From NCBI GenBank assembly GCA_028876065.1, contig JAGWTI010000004.1, forward strand, positions 3,547 through 67,546: a stretch of 64,000 nt of DNA, written 5' to 3'. The notes below the pieces were generated by a model. It did not search any database, was not told the origin of the DNA, and worked only from the letters and a program-made list of their open reading frames with translations. This document shows positions 36,301 to 43,977 of the stretch, piece after piece (position 1 is the first letter of the stretch; every line of letters begins with the position of its first letter). The position numbers were made by a program, and so were the translations under genes. The stretch is from Nitrospirota bacterium (GTDB taxonomy: Bacteria > Nitrospirota > Nitrospiria > Nitrospirales > Nitrospiraceae).

Positions 36301-36666
36301 AAATATCCCCTGTGGGAGGTACTTAAGCGCGGAGTACGTCAGGCTGGTGATCTCCGCCATACCGGCGTTGACGTCATAGGACGGCTGAAAATAGACCTTG
36401 ATGAGACTGACGCCGGGCAGCGAACGCGATTCGATATGTTCGATGTAGGAGGCTTGCAGATAGAGCTGCTCGAGGCGCAGCGTGATGGCTCCCTCGACTT
36501 CCGAAGGACCCATCCCTTTGTAGAAGGTGGCGACGGCGACGACCGGCAGGTTGATCTCCGGGAAAATGTCCACGACCATGTTCCGGTAGGACACGACGCC
36601 CAGGACCACCACGATCAGGCTGATTGCTGCTACCGCATAGGGATTCTTCAGGGATGCCCGAACCAT
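33382..36666 (-). CDS. RND efflux permease, HAE1-type TM4 signature, paralog 2 (1094 aa)
   Basis: ATG verified at 36666. Very similar to paralog 1 along its whole length. 'LALAVGRLVDDAVIVVEN'. His-containing central loop 'GYGHAGHGQSPPP' (coded near 35180..35210). Confidence 0.95.
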   Translation of the reverse strand: MVRASLKNPYAVAAISLIVVVLGVVSYRNMVVDIFPEINLPVVAVATFYKGMGPSEVEGAITLRLEQLYLQASYIEHIESRSLPGVSLIKVYFQPSYDVNAGMAEITSLTYSALKYLPQGIFPPIIIKFGAASLPIADLTVSSEKLGEKEVRDLAYFNVRPQFGGVPGISLPPTFGGTIRQVTVFLDRERMLARGVSTGDIVNAVNTQSVLLPAGDVKIGDIDYNVYTNSMIRFVEHMNEIPIKVVDGVPVFLKDVGRAADSSMIQTNIVQINGHRAVYLPIMKQAGANTIRVIDGVKEVVPKLIGIPKDLTVKLIFDQSLYVRQAIRTLAHEGLMGGGLACLMVLLFLGSLRSTLVIVLAIPLSVTAAFIGLYSAGHTVNIMTLGGLALAVGRLVDDAVIVVENFHRHLEMGKPSMQAAGDAVTEVALPMLVITITVFLVFLPIAFFTGVIRFLFVPLGLAVALAMMASYLDALTVAPVTMERLFRGYGHAGHGQSPPPARGLVALWKRLNLFDPFVAGYVRVLRWCLAHKALVIVAVAASFGGSLLLLAPRLATEFFPKVDAGQFILNVSAPQGTRVEKTEAITAQIEALIRKEIPPAELDQIVVNIGMPQGWMMLYTPVNGPHQAFMLVSLKRGHRLRADDIIARLRPALARDLPGLKFSFQTGGIVSDVIDFGLSAPIDIKVSGPNLADLAETAEKIRDMIASVPGAADVQVHQGMAYPEIHLNVNRAKSIYMGLNEQQIVVDLITGLSSNVQWNPGYWIDPQSNNAYFVVAQYPEQTLVKFEDFLNMPLIVGERAKLPPSASGGGILQRGSALALQQTPFPETPLLPEVGAGPPSIPILLRDITDVVRKTGPETVDHYNLQRTIDVLVSVPGNDLGRVARQIEQQLATLQLPQDVLLAIKGEAEAMRAALIGFAGALPLAMLLIYLVMVGLFRSWLDPFIMMFVVPLGFMGVIWMLLLTDTSLNVESLIGTLMGIGIDVANSVLIIEFANNRLRKGMSPLEAVVEAGRLRIRPILMTSLATIIGLAPMALGIGEGSEMNVPLARAVIGGLLVSVTMALLFTPVLYITFHRRSAASLATASPSHKQEEQP

Positions 36667-37066
36667 GGAAAATGCTTTACGAGCCTCATTGTGAAGGGGA
36701 GGTAAATGGAGTCATGTGAGAGGGTAAATAATATATTTCAACATTTCAAGTTTTGGGTCCCTTGAATATTTTGTTCGTCCCGGTGGAGCACCGCATCTTG
36801 CACGGAATCATAACGAATTTGTCCGGTAAATACCATGAAGGGCTGCAAAAGGAGGAGAGATCAGCAAGCGTGGCTAAATAAGATGCGACAAGAGACGAGT
36901 CACGTCCGTGCGTCGGTTGGGAGGGAACTGCACACTCAGGTATTCTTTCTCAGTCGGCCGGCCATCGTTTGGGCATAGGTGAAACGCGGGCGAGCAGAAT
37001 CCAGTTGAGCGATATTGCACGGTTCGCACAGTACGGAGTTGCCAGTTTAACCAGTGGGTGTGTTGC

Positions 37067-37082
37067 TGGCATGCTGAAAGCA
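37067..37082 (+). promoter_or_regulatory. Weak sigma-54-type -24/-12 candidate TGGCAT-GCTGA-AAGCA
   Basis: The GG-N10-GC spacing is correct, but the -12 flank is AAGC instead of TTGC. It lies about 125 nt upstream of the wHTH-like ORF. Confidence 0.2.
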
Positions 37083-37205
37083 ATGCCTGTTGTGGATTTT
37101 ATCGAGGAGGAGGGTGGGAATAAAATTTGCATCGGATTCCCCAAGCCAACGCGTCACGTGAGCCTAGGTCAAGGGAGAGCGTATCACCCTGCGCCTCTAA
37201 TTACG

Positions 37206-37499
37206 ATGCCAATGGTCCCTCACGTCGAAGATCAAATTCTGGACTTCCTTCGCCAGCATCCTCGTGTGATGTTTCTTGACCTTGCCGATATCCTCAACGG
37301 ATTTTCCTGGCAGGTGCTTCTGTCGGCATTGAGCCGGCTGCATGGGCGCGGATATGTCGACCTCCACCCTCATCGATTGGGCCAAGAGATTGTGTTGCGT
37401 CAAGATCACCCGGTAGAACTGTCCCGGCCTCACAAGCAGGGAACTGGATCGGCGGGCAGCCCCGGTCGGCGGGTCGGCCGCACGTCTCATGGAACATGA
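37206..37499 (+). CDS. Small winged-helix-like protein, paralog of 11019..11243 (about 97 aa)
   Basis: 'VEDQILDFLRQHPRVMFLDLADILNGFSWQVLLSALSRLHGRGYVDL' aligns position for position with the L..L, W..L and RG pattern of the 74 aa protein. The start is uncertain (ATG 37206 or 37212, no SD). The maximal ORF starts at a TTG at 36969. Confidence 0.4.
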   Translation: MPMVPHVEDQILDFLRQHPRVMFLDLADILNGFSWQVLLSALSRLHGRGYVDLHPHRLGQEIVLRQDHPVELSRPHKQGTGSAGSPGRRVGRTSHGT

Positions 37500-37515
37500 A
37501 AGGAGCGATGGCCGG

Positions 37516-37788
37516 ATGTGCAAGCGATGCGGCGGATTGGCGATCGGGGAAATTGCCGATGATGGGAGCGGCGGAATGGTCGGAGATGCGTCCCTTCGGC
37601 TGCGATGTCTGAACTGCGGCGATATCGAAGATGCCGTCATCCTGGCCAATCGCAATAGTCCTCCGCCGATGAATCCTCTCGCGGGGCCCCGCTTGAGGAA
37701 TTGGACGAAGCCGGGCCTGGCGGTGAAGTTGAAGGAAGGCACGGCCGGCCATTCCGGCAAAGCCGGGTCATCCCGTCACAGGGCCTGA
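37516..37788 (+). CDS. Small zinc-ribbon protein (CxxC-N25-CxxC), hypothetical (90 aa)
   Basis: 'MCKRCGG...LRCLNCGD'. AAGGAG lies 12 nt upstream of ATG 37516. An alternative ATG at 37489 overlaps the preceding ORF. Confidence 0.4.
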   Translation: MCKRCGGLAIGEIADDGSGGMVGDASLRLRCLNCGDIEDAVILANRNSPPPMNPLAGPRLRNWTKPGLAVKLKEGTAGHSGKAGSSRHRA

Positions 37789-37975
37789 ACGTCGCGATTT
37801 CGGAGGACAATGCGGCGGTGTGCCCCGCCGTATGGATGCCCTTTTCCTCCTGTGAGGGGCATCCCCTCCCTTCTCCCGTCCGTTGTGACCGTCGAGCACC
37901 AGAGGGAACGAGAGACGCGCTCGGATCGTCCGGTCGTTCCATCACGGGCGGGGCGCATGCGATGAGAGAGGGGCC

Positions 37976-38926
37976 ATGCGAGACGAAGTGCCGTCGCTCT
38001 GGGGTGTCGTCTTGGCAGGGGGGGAGGGGAAACGGCTGCGCGGGTTCGTGCGGGACTATCTGGGGACGGATGCGCCCAAGCAGTTCTGTGCGTTCCTCGG
38101 ACGGCGGTCGATGGTCGAGCATACGCTCCGCCGGGTGACGTGGCTCGTTCCTTGGGAGCGTCTCTTCCTCGTGGCCACCGAGCGCCATCGCCCCTATGTC
38201 GTCTCGTCCCTCGGCGCTCGCCAGGCCGGGACCGTTCTGTTTCAGCCGGTCGGCCGTGACACGGGACCCGGCATCCTGCTGTCGCTGCTCCACGTGTTGC
38301 GCCGAGATCCCAACGCCGTTGTGGCAATCTTCCCTTCCGATCACTTCATCATGCCCGGGCGCTCGTTCATGAAGGCCGTCGAAGAGGCCGCGAAGTTTTT
38401 GGCGTGGAATCATCTGAACATGACGATCACGCTGGCGGTGCAGCCTACCGATGCGAATGTGGAATATGGGTGGATCGAACCGGGTCCCCCGGTCGCGGTT
38501 TGTGGCGATGGCACACTCAAACGTATGGCGGCCTTCGTCGAAAAGCCGCCGGTCCGGCGCGCGCGCAAGCTCCTGGAAGCCGGGTGGTTATGGAATACGA
38601 TGGTCATCGTGGGGCGGGTACGAGCGCTCATCCAGCTGATCCGGAGGGCCTGTCCGGAACTGGCCGCGTATTTTTCCTTGGTGCAGCGGGCTTTGGGAAC
38701 GACGCGGGAAGCCGAGGTGGTCCGTATGGCCTACCGCATGATCCCGTCCGTGAATTTTTCCGCCGCCGTGCTGGCCCCACACGCCGAACAACTGTTGATT
38801 CTGCCCATCGACAACGTGCTGTGGGGCGATTGGGGAAAGAAAGAACACATCCTGGAAACCCTGCAGCGCTTGGGCAAGCCCCTATCCGCTCCTCTCAATG
38901 CCCGCCACGCCGCCATGCGCGCGTGA
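37976..38926 (+). CDS. Nucleotidyltransferase, mannose-1-phosphate guanylyltransferase-like (316 aa)
   Basis: 'GVVLAGGEGKRLRGF', 'PKQF', 'FPSDH', 'GYGWIE'. ATG at 37976 with a GAGAGG SD. Confidence 0.8.
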   Translation: MRDEVPSLWGVVLAGGEGKRLRGFVRDYLGTDAPKQFCAFLGRRSMVEHTLRRVTWLVPWERLFLVATERHRPYVVSSLGARQAGTVLFQPVGRDTGPGILLSLLHVLRRDPNAVVAIFPSDHFIMPGRSFMKAVEEAAKFLAWNHLNMTITLAVQPTDANVEYGWIEPGPPVAVCGDGTLKRMAAFVEKPPVRRARKLLEAGWLWNTMVIVGRVRALIQLIRRACPELAAYFSLVQRALGTTREAEVVRMAYRMIPSVNFSAAVLAPHAEQLLILPIDNVLWGDWGKKEHILETLQRLGKPLSAPLNARHAAMRA

Positions 38927-38941
38927 GCGGAGGGGCACCTA

Positions 38942-39379
38942 ATGTCAGAGGTATCTATGCCGCTCCCGTCCGACATCGATGGCAACAACCCTCCTCGTGT
39001 CTTGGTCGTCGAAGACAACGATTTGCTCCGTGCGTTGCTCCGCACGGTACTCAAGGAGGCTGGGTACGAGGTGGATGACGCGCGGGGGGGCCAGGAGGCG
39101 CTGCTCCGAATGGGGGAGCATACATACGACGTGGTGCTGACCGACTATCACATGCCCGGCATGGATGGGATACAACTGCTGAAGGTCATCAAGGCCTGGT
39201 GGCCGCGCATCCCCGTGGTGTTTATCTCCGGCGAGCCAGCCCCCCTGAGGCGGCGCGCGATTGAGCAGGGGGCTCATGCGTGGCTCAGCAAGCCTTGCGA
39301 TACGTCCCTGCTCCGGCTCACGGTTCACGCGGCGCTTTGTAATGCCGCCATCTCTCCAATGCGAGGCCTTCTGCCGTAG
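38942..39379 (+). CDS. Stand-alone response-regulator receiver (CheY-like) protein (145 aa)
   Basis: 'RVLVVEDNDLLR', 'DVVLTDYHMPGMDG', 'PVVFISG', 'AWLSKP'. Confidence 0.9.
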   Translation: MSEVSMPLPSDIDGNNPPRVLVVEDNDLLRALLRTVLKEAGYEVDDARGGQEALLRMGEHTYDVVLTDYHMPGMDGIQLLKVIKAWWPRIPVVFISGEPAPLRRRAIEQGAHAWLSKPCDTSLLRLTVHAALCNAAISPMRGLLP

Positions 39380-39503
39380 CGCCTACGATCGGCTGCACGT
39401 TCCGAGAGAACCACGCTGACCGGATGGCCATCTAGCTGTGCCTTGTGATCTGGGAACGGGGCATGGGTTTTGATCCAATCCACAGGATCGAGCGACCACT
39501 GTT

Positions 39504-39514
39504 CGCACAGTGCG
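39504..39514. promoter_or_regulatory. Palindrome CGCAC-A-GTGCG with adjacent GTGCGC repeats; candidate enhancer (UAS) for the downstream sigma-54 promoter
   Basis: It lies about 75 nt upstream of the -24 element, roughly -100 relative to the predicted start. An AT-rich tract lies between the two. Confidence 0.3.
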
Positions 39515-39581
39515 CTTCGTGCGCATTCGCTCAAAATGCCGATAAACACCGAGAATATACAGGTTATTTTTGAATTTTATG

Positions 39582-39597
39582 TGGCACGTTGCTTGCT
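39582..39597 (+). promoter_or_regulatory. Sigma-54 (RpoN) promoter, exact match to TGGCAC-N5-TTGCT
   Basis: The sequence TGGCACGTTGCTTGCT has GG and GC at the canonical spacing. The predicted start is near 39608, 37 nt upstream of the ATG at 39645. Confidence 0.7.
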
Positions 39598-39644
39598 TGG
39601 ATATATATGACATCGGATCTCAGTCACAGGAGAAGGCTTGGGCT

Positions 39645-40193
39645 ATGAACAGCAGCGTTCAAAGGACAGCGGGGTACGTGGTGCTTATGTTGGTGTTGGC
39701 CGTCAGCGGCCGGGTGGAGGCTGCCGAACGGGAAGGCGGCCCGACCGACAGGGGTATCGCGACGGTGCAGGTCGGGACCGACGGAGCCCCGGACGTCGAA
39801 CGGAAGCTGGGCGCCTCTCCCTGTATGGTTCCGTCTGTCACGGGCGATACGGTTTCCTATCTCTATAATGCCAAAGATGCCAAAGGCCATTATTTTTTAC
39901 GGCTGGAAGTGAACGGCCGCGTGGATTCCATCACGGTGTCCAAAGATCCTCCGCTTGCCGGCGTATGTTATGCCCCGCTGGCCCACACGATGTCCTTGCG
40001 TACCGAGGAAGGGCTTGAGTTGGGGGCGACGATGGAGGAGGTGCTACGAGTCTATGGCAAGCCGATGGAGCGGTTTGCCGTGGGCTCCATGGCCCGTTTC
40101 CGGTACGTAGCCATGCTGGATCGAACCTACGAGTGGGACCTCGTCTTTCGAGACGGCCGTCTCGTTGAATGGACCGTGGTCTCCGAGGAGTAG
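39645..40193 (+). CDS. Secreted hypothetical protein (182 aa)
   Basis: ATG at 39645 with an AGGAGAAGG SD. Signal peptide 'VVLMLVLAVSGRVEAA'. A 'GLELGATMEEVLRVYGKP' motif is typical of small periplasmic beta-sandwich domains. Confidence 0.6.
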   Translation: MNSSVQRTAGYVVLMLVLAVSGRVEAAEREGGPTDRGIATVQVGTDGAPDVERKLGASPCMVPSVTGDTVSYLYNAKDAKGHYFLRLEVNGRVDSITVSKDPPLAGVCYAPLAHTMSLRTEEGLELGATMEEVLRVYGKPMERFAVGSMARFRYVAMLDRTYEWDLVFRDGRLVEWTVVSEE

Positions 40194-40196
40194 GCC

Positions 40197-40703
40197 TCAG
40201 TAGTCCTGCCGGTATCGGTACCGCATGAGCACGGCTTCGGCGCGCCGTTGGGCCGGGGCGAGCACCGGCAGATCCGAGTAGTCGTGCACCACATCCGCCG
40301 CGATCCCTTCTCCCATTGCCAGACTGCCGAGCTTGATGTACTCCTCCGCCGCATCCATGAGCCAGGCCGTACGCTGCTCCAGCGAGGGGATGAGATCGGG
40401 CGGAGGGTCCAAGTGGGCCGCCCGATAGGCCCGGTAGAGGGCGAATCCGTGATCGAGAAACGTACGGACTGACTTTTCGTAGCTCTGCAAGGCGTCGAGC
40501 GAACCGGCGCGCCCGTATTGGTCGGCGGCTGCGCGCACGTCTCCGCGCAGGCTCAATTCTTGCTGATTCCATTCCGCGAGGCCTGCCGGTGTACGTAATC
40601 GTTCGGCATGGGGGCCTCCCGTCGGCCCGGTTGAGCAGGCCACGAATCCCCATAGGACACCGGCCAGGATCATTCCGGATCGGCTCCTCAAGCGCCTTGG
40701 CAT
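40197..40703 (-). CDS. Hypothetical lipoprotein (168 aa)
   Basis: ATG at 40703 with a GAGGAGG SD. Signal/lipobox 'MPRRLRSRSGMILAGVLWGFVAC'. Confidence 0.6.
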   Translation of the reverse strand: MPRRLRSRSGMILAGVLWGFVACSTGPTGGPHAERLRTPAGLAEWNQQELSLRGDVRAAADQYGRAGSLDALQSYEKSVRTFLDHGFALYRAYRAAHLDPPPDLIPSLEQRTAWLMDAAEEYIKLGSLAMGEGIAADVVHDYSDLPVLAPAQRRAEAVLMRYRYRQDY

Positions 40704-40733
40704 GGCGTCCTCCTCACGAAAGGTTATCGCGCG

Positions 40734-42473
40734 ATGGCTGTTTTACAACGTACCCCATGCTGCCATAGGACGACAGGACTATTCAACGGGTGGTGTCCGC
40801 TGATTGTGGGGGTGCTGTGCATGAACTGGGCCCAGCCGGCCTGGGCGGTTGAGCCCTATTTCGGCTACTACGACGAAGTGCCCCCCATCGACGAAACCGA
40901 GTTGAATGCGGCGCGGGAACGGTTGCAGGAAGCGCGCGCGCGGCTGCCGCATATCGGCGGGGCCACGGAGCCGGGCGTCTCCGCCCAGCCTGAGCCGCTG
41001 CCTCCGCCGATCGTGGATGAACGCGACGGAGCTCCGGCGATCGATTTTCAAGAAGTGGACGAGCTTCGGAAGACGTTCCAGAGCTTGCAGGCGCAACGTC
41101 TCCGAGAAAGCGCCGCTTCTCAAGCCCAACCCACTCCGGCTCCCAAGGAGAGCCTCAGCCCCGAACTTGAACAGCAAGTGCAAAAACTTTCCCAGCGCGT
41201 CGGCGACCTTGAGCGGGTACTCGTAGGAACGGAGGAACACCAGGGGTTGGCCGGGATGATCGGCGGCTACACTAGGCACAACGGGTTTTTTCTCATGTCC
41301 GGCGACGGGGATTTTTTCCTGCGCTTGCCGGTGTTGCTGCAGACCGACCTGCGGACCTTTCCGGGCGGCCAGAACGGCACGAATCCCGGCGTGATGCCAA
41401 GTACCTTTATTCTGCAGCGGGTAAGGCCTATGTTGCACTTCCGCCTCTGGCGGTATTTCCGCGGCTACATGACGCCGGATTTCGGCAATGGATTTTCCAA
41501 TAATCCGAACGTCCAAGGACGGGTGCAAGTTCCGGATGCGTTCGGCGAATGGGATTATTTTTCGCTGTTCCGGATCCGCATGGGCAAGTTCAAGAGCCCG
41601 ATCGGCCTGGAGATGCTGCAGGCGCCGCAGAACTTCAGCTTCATGGAGCGATCGCTGGCGCGCAATTTGCTGCCGAACCGCGACTTGGGAGCCATGGTCT
41701 GGGGAATCTATGAACGGGGCCTCTTTGAATACCAGTTGGGCGTGTTCAACGGTGTGCCCAACGCGAATTTTTATGAGGAAAGCGCCGCCACCGGATCGGC
41801 CAAGACGCTGGAAGCGCGGGTCTTTTCGCGACCGTTCGTCGCCTCCACGACCAGTATGTTCCGAGGCCTGGGGTATGGTATCGGGATGAGCGTCGGGTCG
41901 GTCAAGCAGGGGACCAGCGGGCAGGATCCGATGCAGACGGAGACCTTCAGCTACACCTTCTTCCAATACAACAGCAACGTCACCGGCGACGGCCAACGTA
42001 TCCGCATCTCGCCGCAGGTGGCCTGGTATGTGGGGCGGCTGGGATTGCTCGGTCAGTATGTGCGCAGCACGCAGCAACTGCGTTTGGTCACCGGGGGCCA
42101 ATCGGTCCGCACGACGCACGAGTCCTGGTCGGCCCAAGCCTCCTGGTTCCTGACGGACGACACCGCCACCTTCGGTCACGTGCAGCCCCGTTATCCGGTC
42201 GAGCCGTCGAAAGGCCACTGGGGGGCCTGGGAAATCGCGGCCCGGTACGCCCAGCTCAACATCGATCCGGAAACCTTCGCCTATAACTTGGCCGATCCCG
42301 GCATCAACGCCTTGCGGGCCAAGAGTTCCACGGTCGGGCTGAATTGGTATCTCAACACCAACGTGCGACTGACGACCAATTTTGTCCATACCGACTTTAC
42401 GGGGGCGACGCGCGCCTATCACGCCGCGAGTCATGAAGACGGCCTGATGTTCCGCATGCAGTTGACGTTTTAA
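40734..42473 (+). CDS. Phosphate-selective porin O/P (OprO/OprP) family protein with a long N-terminal coiled-coil/Pro-rich extension (579 aa)
   Basis: 'FFLRLPVLLQTDLR', 'RVRPMLHFRLWRYFRGYMTPDFG', 'FRIRMGKFKSPIGLE', C-terminal '..LMFRMQLTF'. The family call is from recollection of the PF07396 pattern. Confidence 0.75.
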   Translation: MAVLQRTPCCHRTTGLFNGWCPLIVGVLCMNWAQPAWAVEPYFGYYDEVPPIDETELNAARERLQEARARLPHIGGATEPGVSAQPEPLPPPIVDERDGAPAIDFQEVDELRKTFQSLQAQRLRESAASQAQPTPAPKESLSPELEQQVQKLSQRVGDLERVLVGTEEHQGLAGMIGGYTRHNGFFLMSGDGDFFLRLPVLLQTDLRTFPGGQNGTNPGVMPSTFILQRVRPMLHFRLWRYFRGYMTPDFGNGFSNNPNVQGRVQVPDAFGEWDYFSLFRIRMGKFKSPIGLEMLQAPQNFSFMERSLARNLLPNRDLGAMVWGIYERGLFEYQLGVFNGVPNANFYEESAATGSAKTLEARVFSRPFVASTTSMFRGLGYGIGMSVGSVKQGTSGQDPMQTETFSYTFFQYNSNVTGDGQRIRISPQVAWYVGRLGLLGQYVRSTQQLRLVTGGQSVRTTHESWSAQASWFLTDDTATFGHVQPRYPVEPSKGHWGAWEIAARYAQLNIDPETFAYNLADPGINALRAKSSTVGLNWYLNTNVRLTTNFVHTDFTGATRAYHAASHEDGLMFRMQLTF

Positions 42474-42476
42474 GCC

Positions 42477-43922
42477 GTGGCTATCATCGGACTGCTTCTC
42501 CTTGTGCTGGTTCTAGATGGGACGGCCTTGGCTGCCGAGCCTGATATGCGCCAACCGGAACGCACGGACCAGCCCGCTCCTGTACAGGGTCCTCCTGCAC
42601 CCGCTGCGCCGCGCACGCCGTCGGCTAAGCAGCAGCTCCGCGAGTTGGATCGTCGCCTCAGCGTGCTGGAGTCACTGGCCGTCGGGAGCGGACATAAGCG
42701 GGGCGTCATGGAGCGGGGATTGGGCTGGTCCCCGGAAATTAATGAGCGGGGCTTTTCCCTCTATTCCACGGACGGCAACAACCGGCTGCACCTCAACGGA
42801 GGCATCCAGGCCGATTACCATGGCTACCCAGACGGCCAAACAGGACACGCTCCGGGGGCCGAGCCAGACGGGTTTGTCCTGCGTCGGCTTCGCCCGATTC
42901 TGGACTTCCGGATCGCCAACTACTTCCGCGGCCAGATCATGCCGGACTTGGCTCCGCGTCGCCGCAGCGAGTTGTTCAATGCCTTCATCGACTGGGATTA
43001 CTACGACTGGGCACGTGTGCGCATCGGCCAGTACAAGCCGGTGCTGAACGTCGAGAATCAACAGGGGGAATTCGATCTCGTGTTCGCCGAGCGCTCCCTC
43101 GTCCAAAACTTTGCTTTGCGGCGAGACTTCGGCGCGACCGTCACCGGCCGGATCATCGATCGCCATGTCCGCTACGATCTCGGTGTTTTCAACAGCGGCA
43201 ATGGCGCAATCGGGCCGGCCAGCGTGCCGGAGCCCTCGGTTGACAACAATAAACTGGGGATGGCTCGTGTCATGGTCACGCCCTTTCTTCTCAAGGGGCC
43301 GGAGGCATTTCGAAAGCTCGACATCGGCGTGGGGGTCTTGTACGGGAACTGCACCAATTCTCCCTGCCAGCAGCCAATGATGTCGATGGGCCAGGACCGC
43401 ACCATTTTCCAGTATCAACCCACCGTGGTGGGCAACGGGTTCTCGACCAGGGTGTTGCCGCAAATGACTTGGTTCTGGCGCCGCCTGGGAGTCATGTCCG
43501 CTTTCGTCCACACTTGGGAACCGAAAATCGATAAGTCTATGGGAAAAGCGGCACTCCTCCAAAACGAAGCCTGGATGGCGCAGGCCGAAGTGAGCCTCAC
43601 CGATGATGAGCCGGCCTTCAATCGTGTGACGCCCAGGCGACCGTTCGACTTGGCCAAAAAGGGCCATTGGGGAGCCTGGACGGTGGCGGCTCGCTATTCT
43701 GAACAACGTATCGACCCACAAGCATTCGGATTGAACTTTGCCGATGCGACTCAGTATGTGCAAACGACGAAGGGCACCAGCTTTGCTGTAAACTGGTATG
43801 CCAGCCGAGAGTTTCGTTACCAGTGGATCTGGGAGCACTCCGAGTTTCAAGGCGCGAATCAGACGTACGCCGCCCCTCGGACCTCGGACATGCTGATTTT
43901 CCGGTTCACGTTGATTTATTGA
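42477..43922 (+). CDS. Phosphate-selective porin O/P family protein, second tandem copy (481 aa)
   Basis: GTG start 3 nt after the previous stop. 'RLRPILDFRIANYFRGQIMPDL', 'VRIGQYKPVLNVE', C-terminal '..LIFRFTLIY'. Confidence 0.75.
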   Translation: MAIIGLLLLVLVLDGTALAAEPDMRQPERTDQPAPVQGPPAPAAPRTPSAKQQLRELDRRLSVLESLAVGSGHKRGVMERGLGWSPEINERGFSLYSTDGNNRLHLNGGIQADYHGYPDGQTGHAPGAEPDGFVLRRLRPILDFRIANYFRGQIMPDLAPRRRSELFNAFIDWDYYDWARVRIGQYKPVLNVENQQGEFDLVFAERSLVQNFALRRDFGATVTGRIIDRHVRYDLGVFNSGNGAIGPASVPEPSVDNNKLGMARVMVTPFLLKGPEAFRKLDIGVGVLYGNCTNSPCQQPMMSMGQDRTIFQYQPTVVGNGFSTRVLPQMTWFWRRLGVMSAFVHTWEPKIDKSMGKAALLQNEAWMAQAEVSLTDDEPAFNRVTPRRPFDLAKKGHWGAWTVAARYSEQRIDPQAFGLNFADATQYVQTTKGTSFAVNWYASREFRYQWIWEHSEFQGANQTYAAPRTSDMLIFRFTLIY

Positions 43923-43977
43923 ACACGGAGCGCAGATGCGGCTTGGCATGGGGCGCAATTCGCGTGGAGGAGGTGTC

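Noticed and set aside
39325-39549. 74 aa minus-strand ORF overlapping the 3' end of the REC gene
   Set aside because: It has no SD. It overlaps a well-supported gene and the proposed enhancer region of the sigma-54 promoter. It has no recognisable motif.
43946-43961. TGGCAT...GC upstream of the Tll0287-like gene, and TGGCAC copies at 16461, 51504 and 52630, as possible sigma-54 promoters
   Set aside because: The GC dinucleotide is not at the obligatory GG-N10-GC spacing in any of them. Only 39582..39597 (perfect) and 37067..37082 (weak) pass this test.
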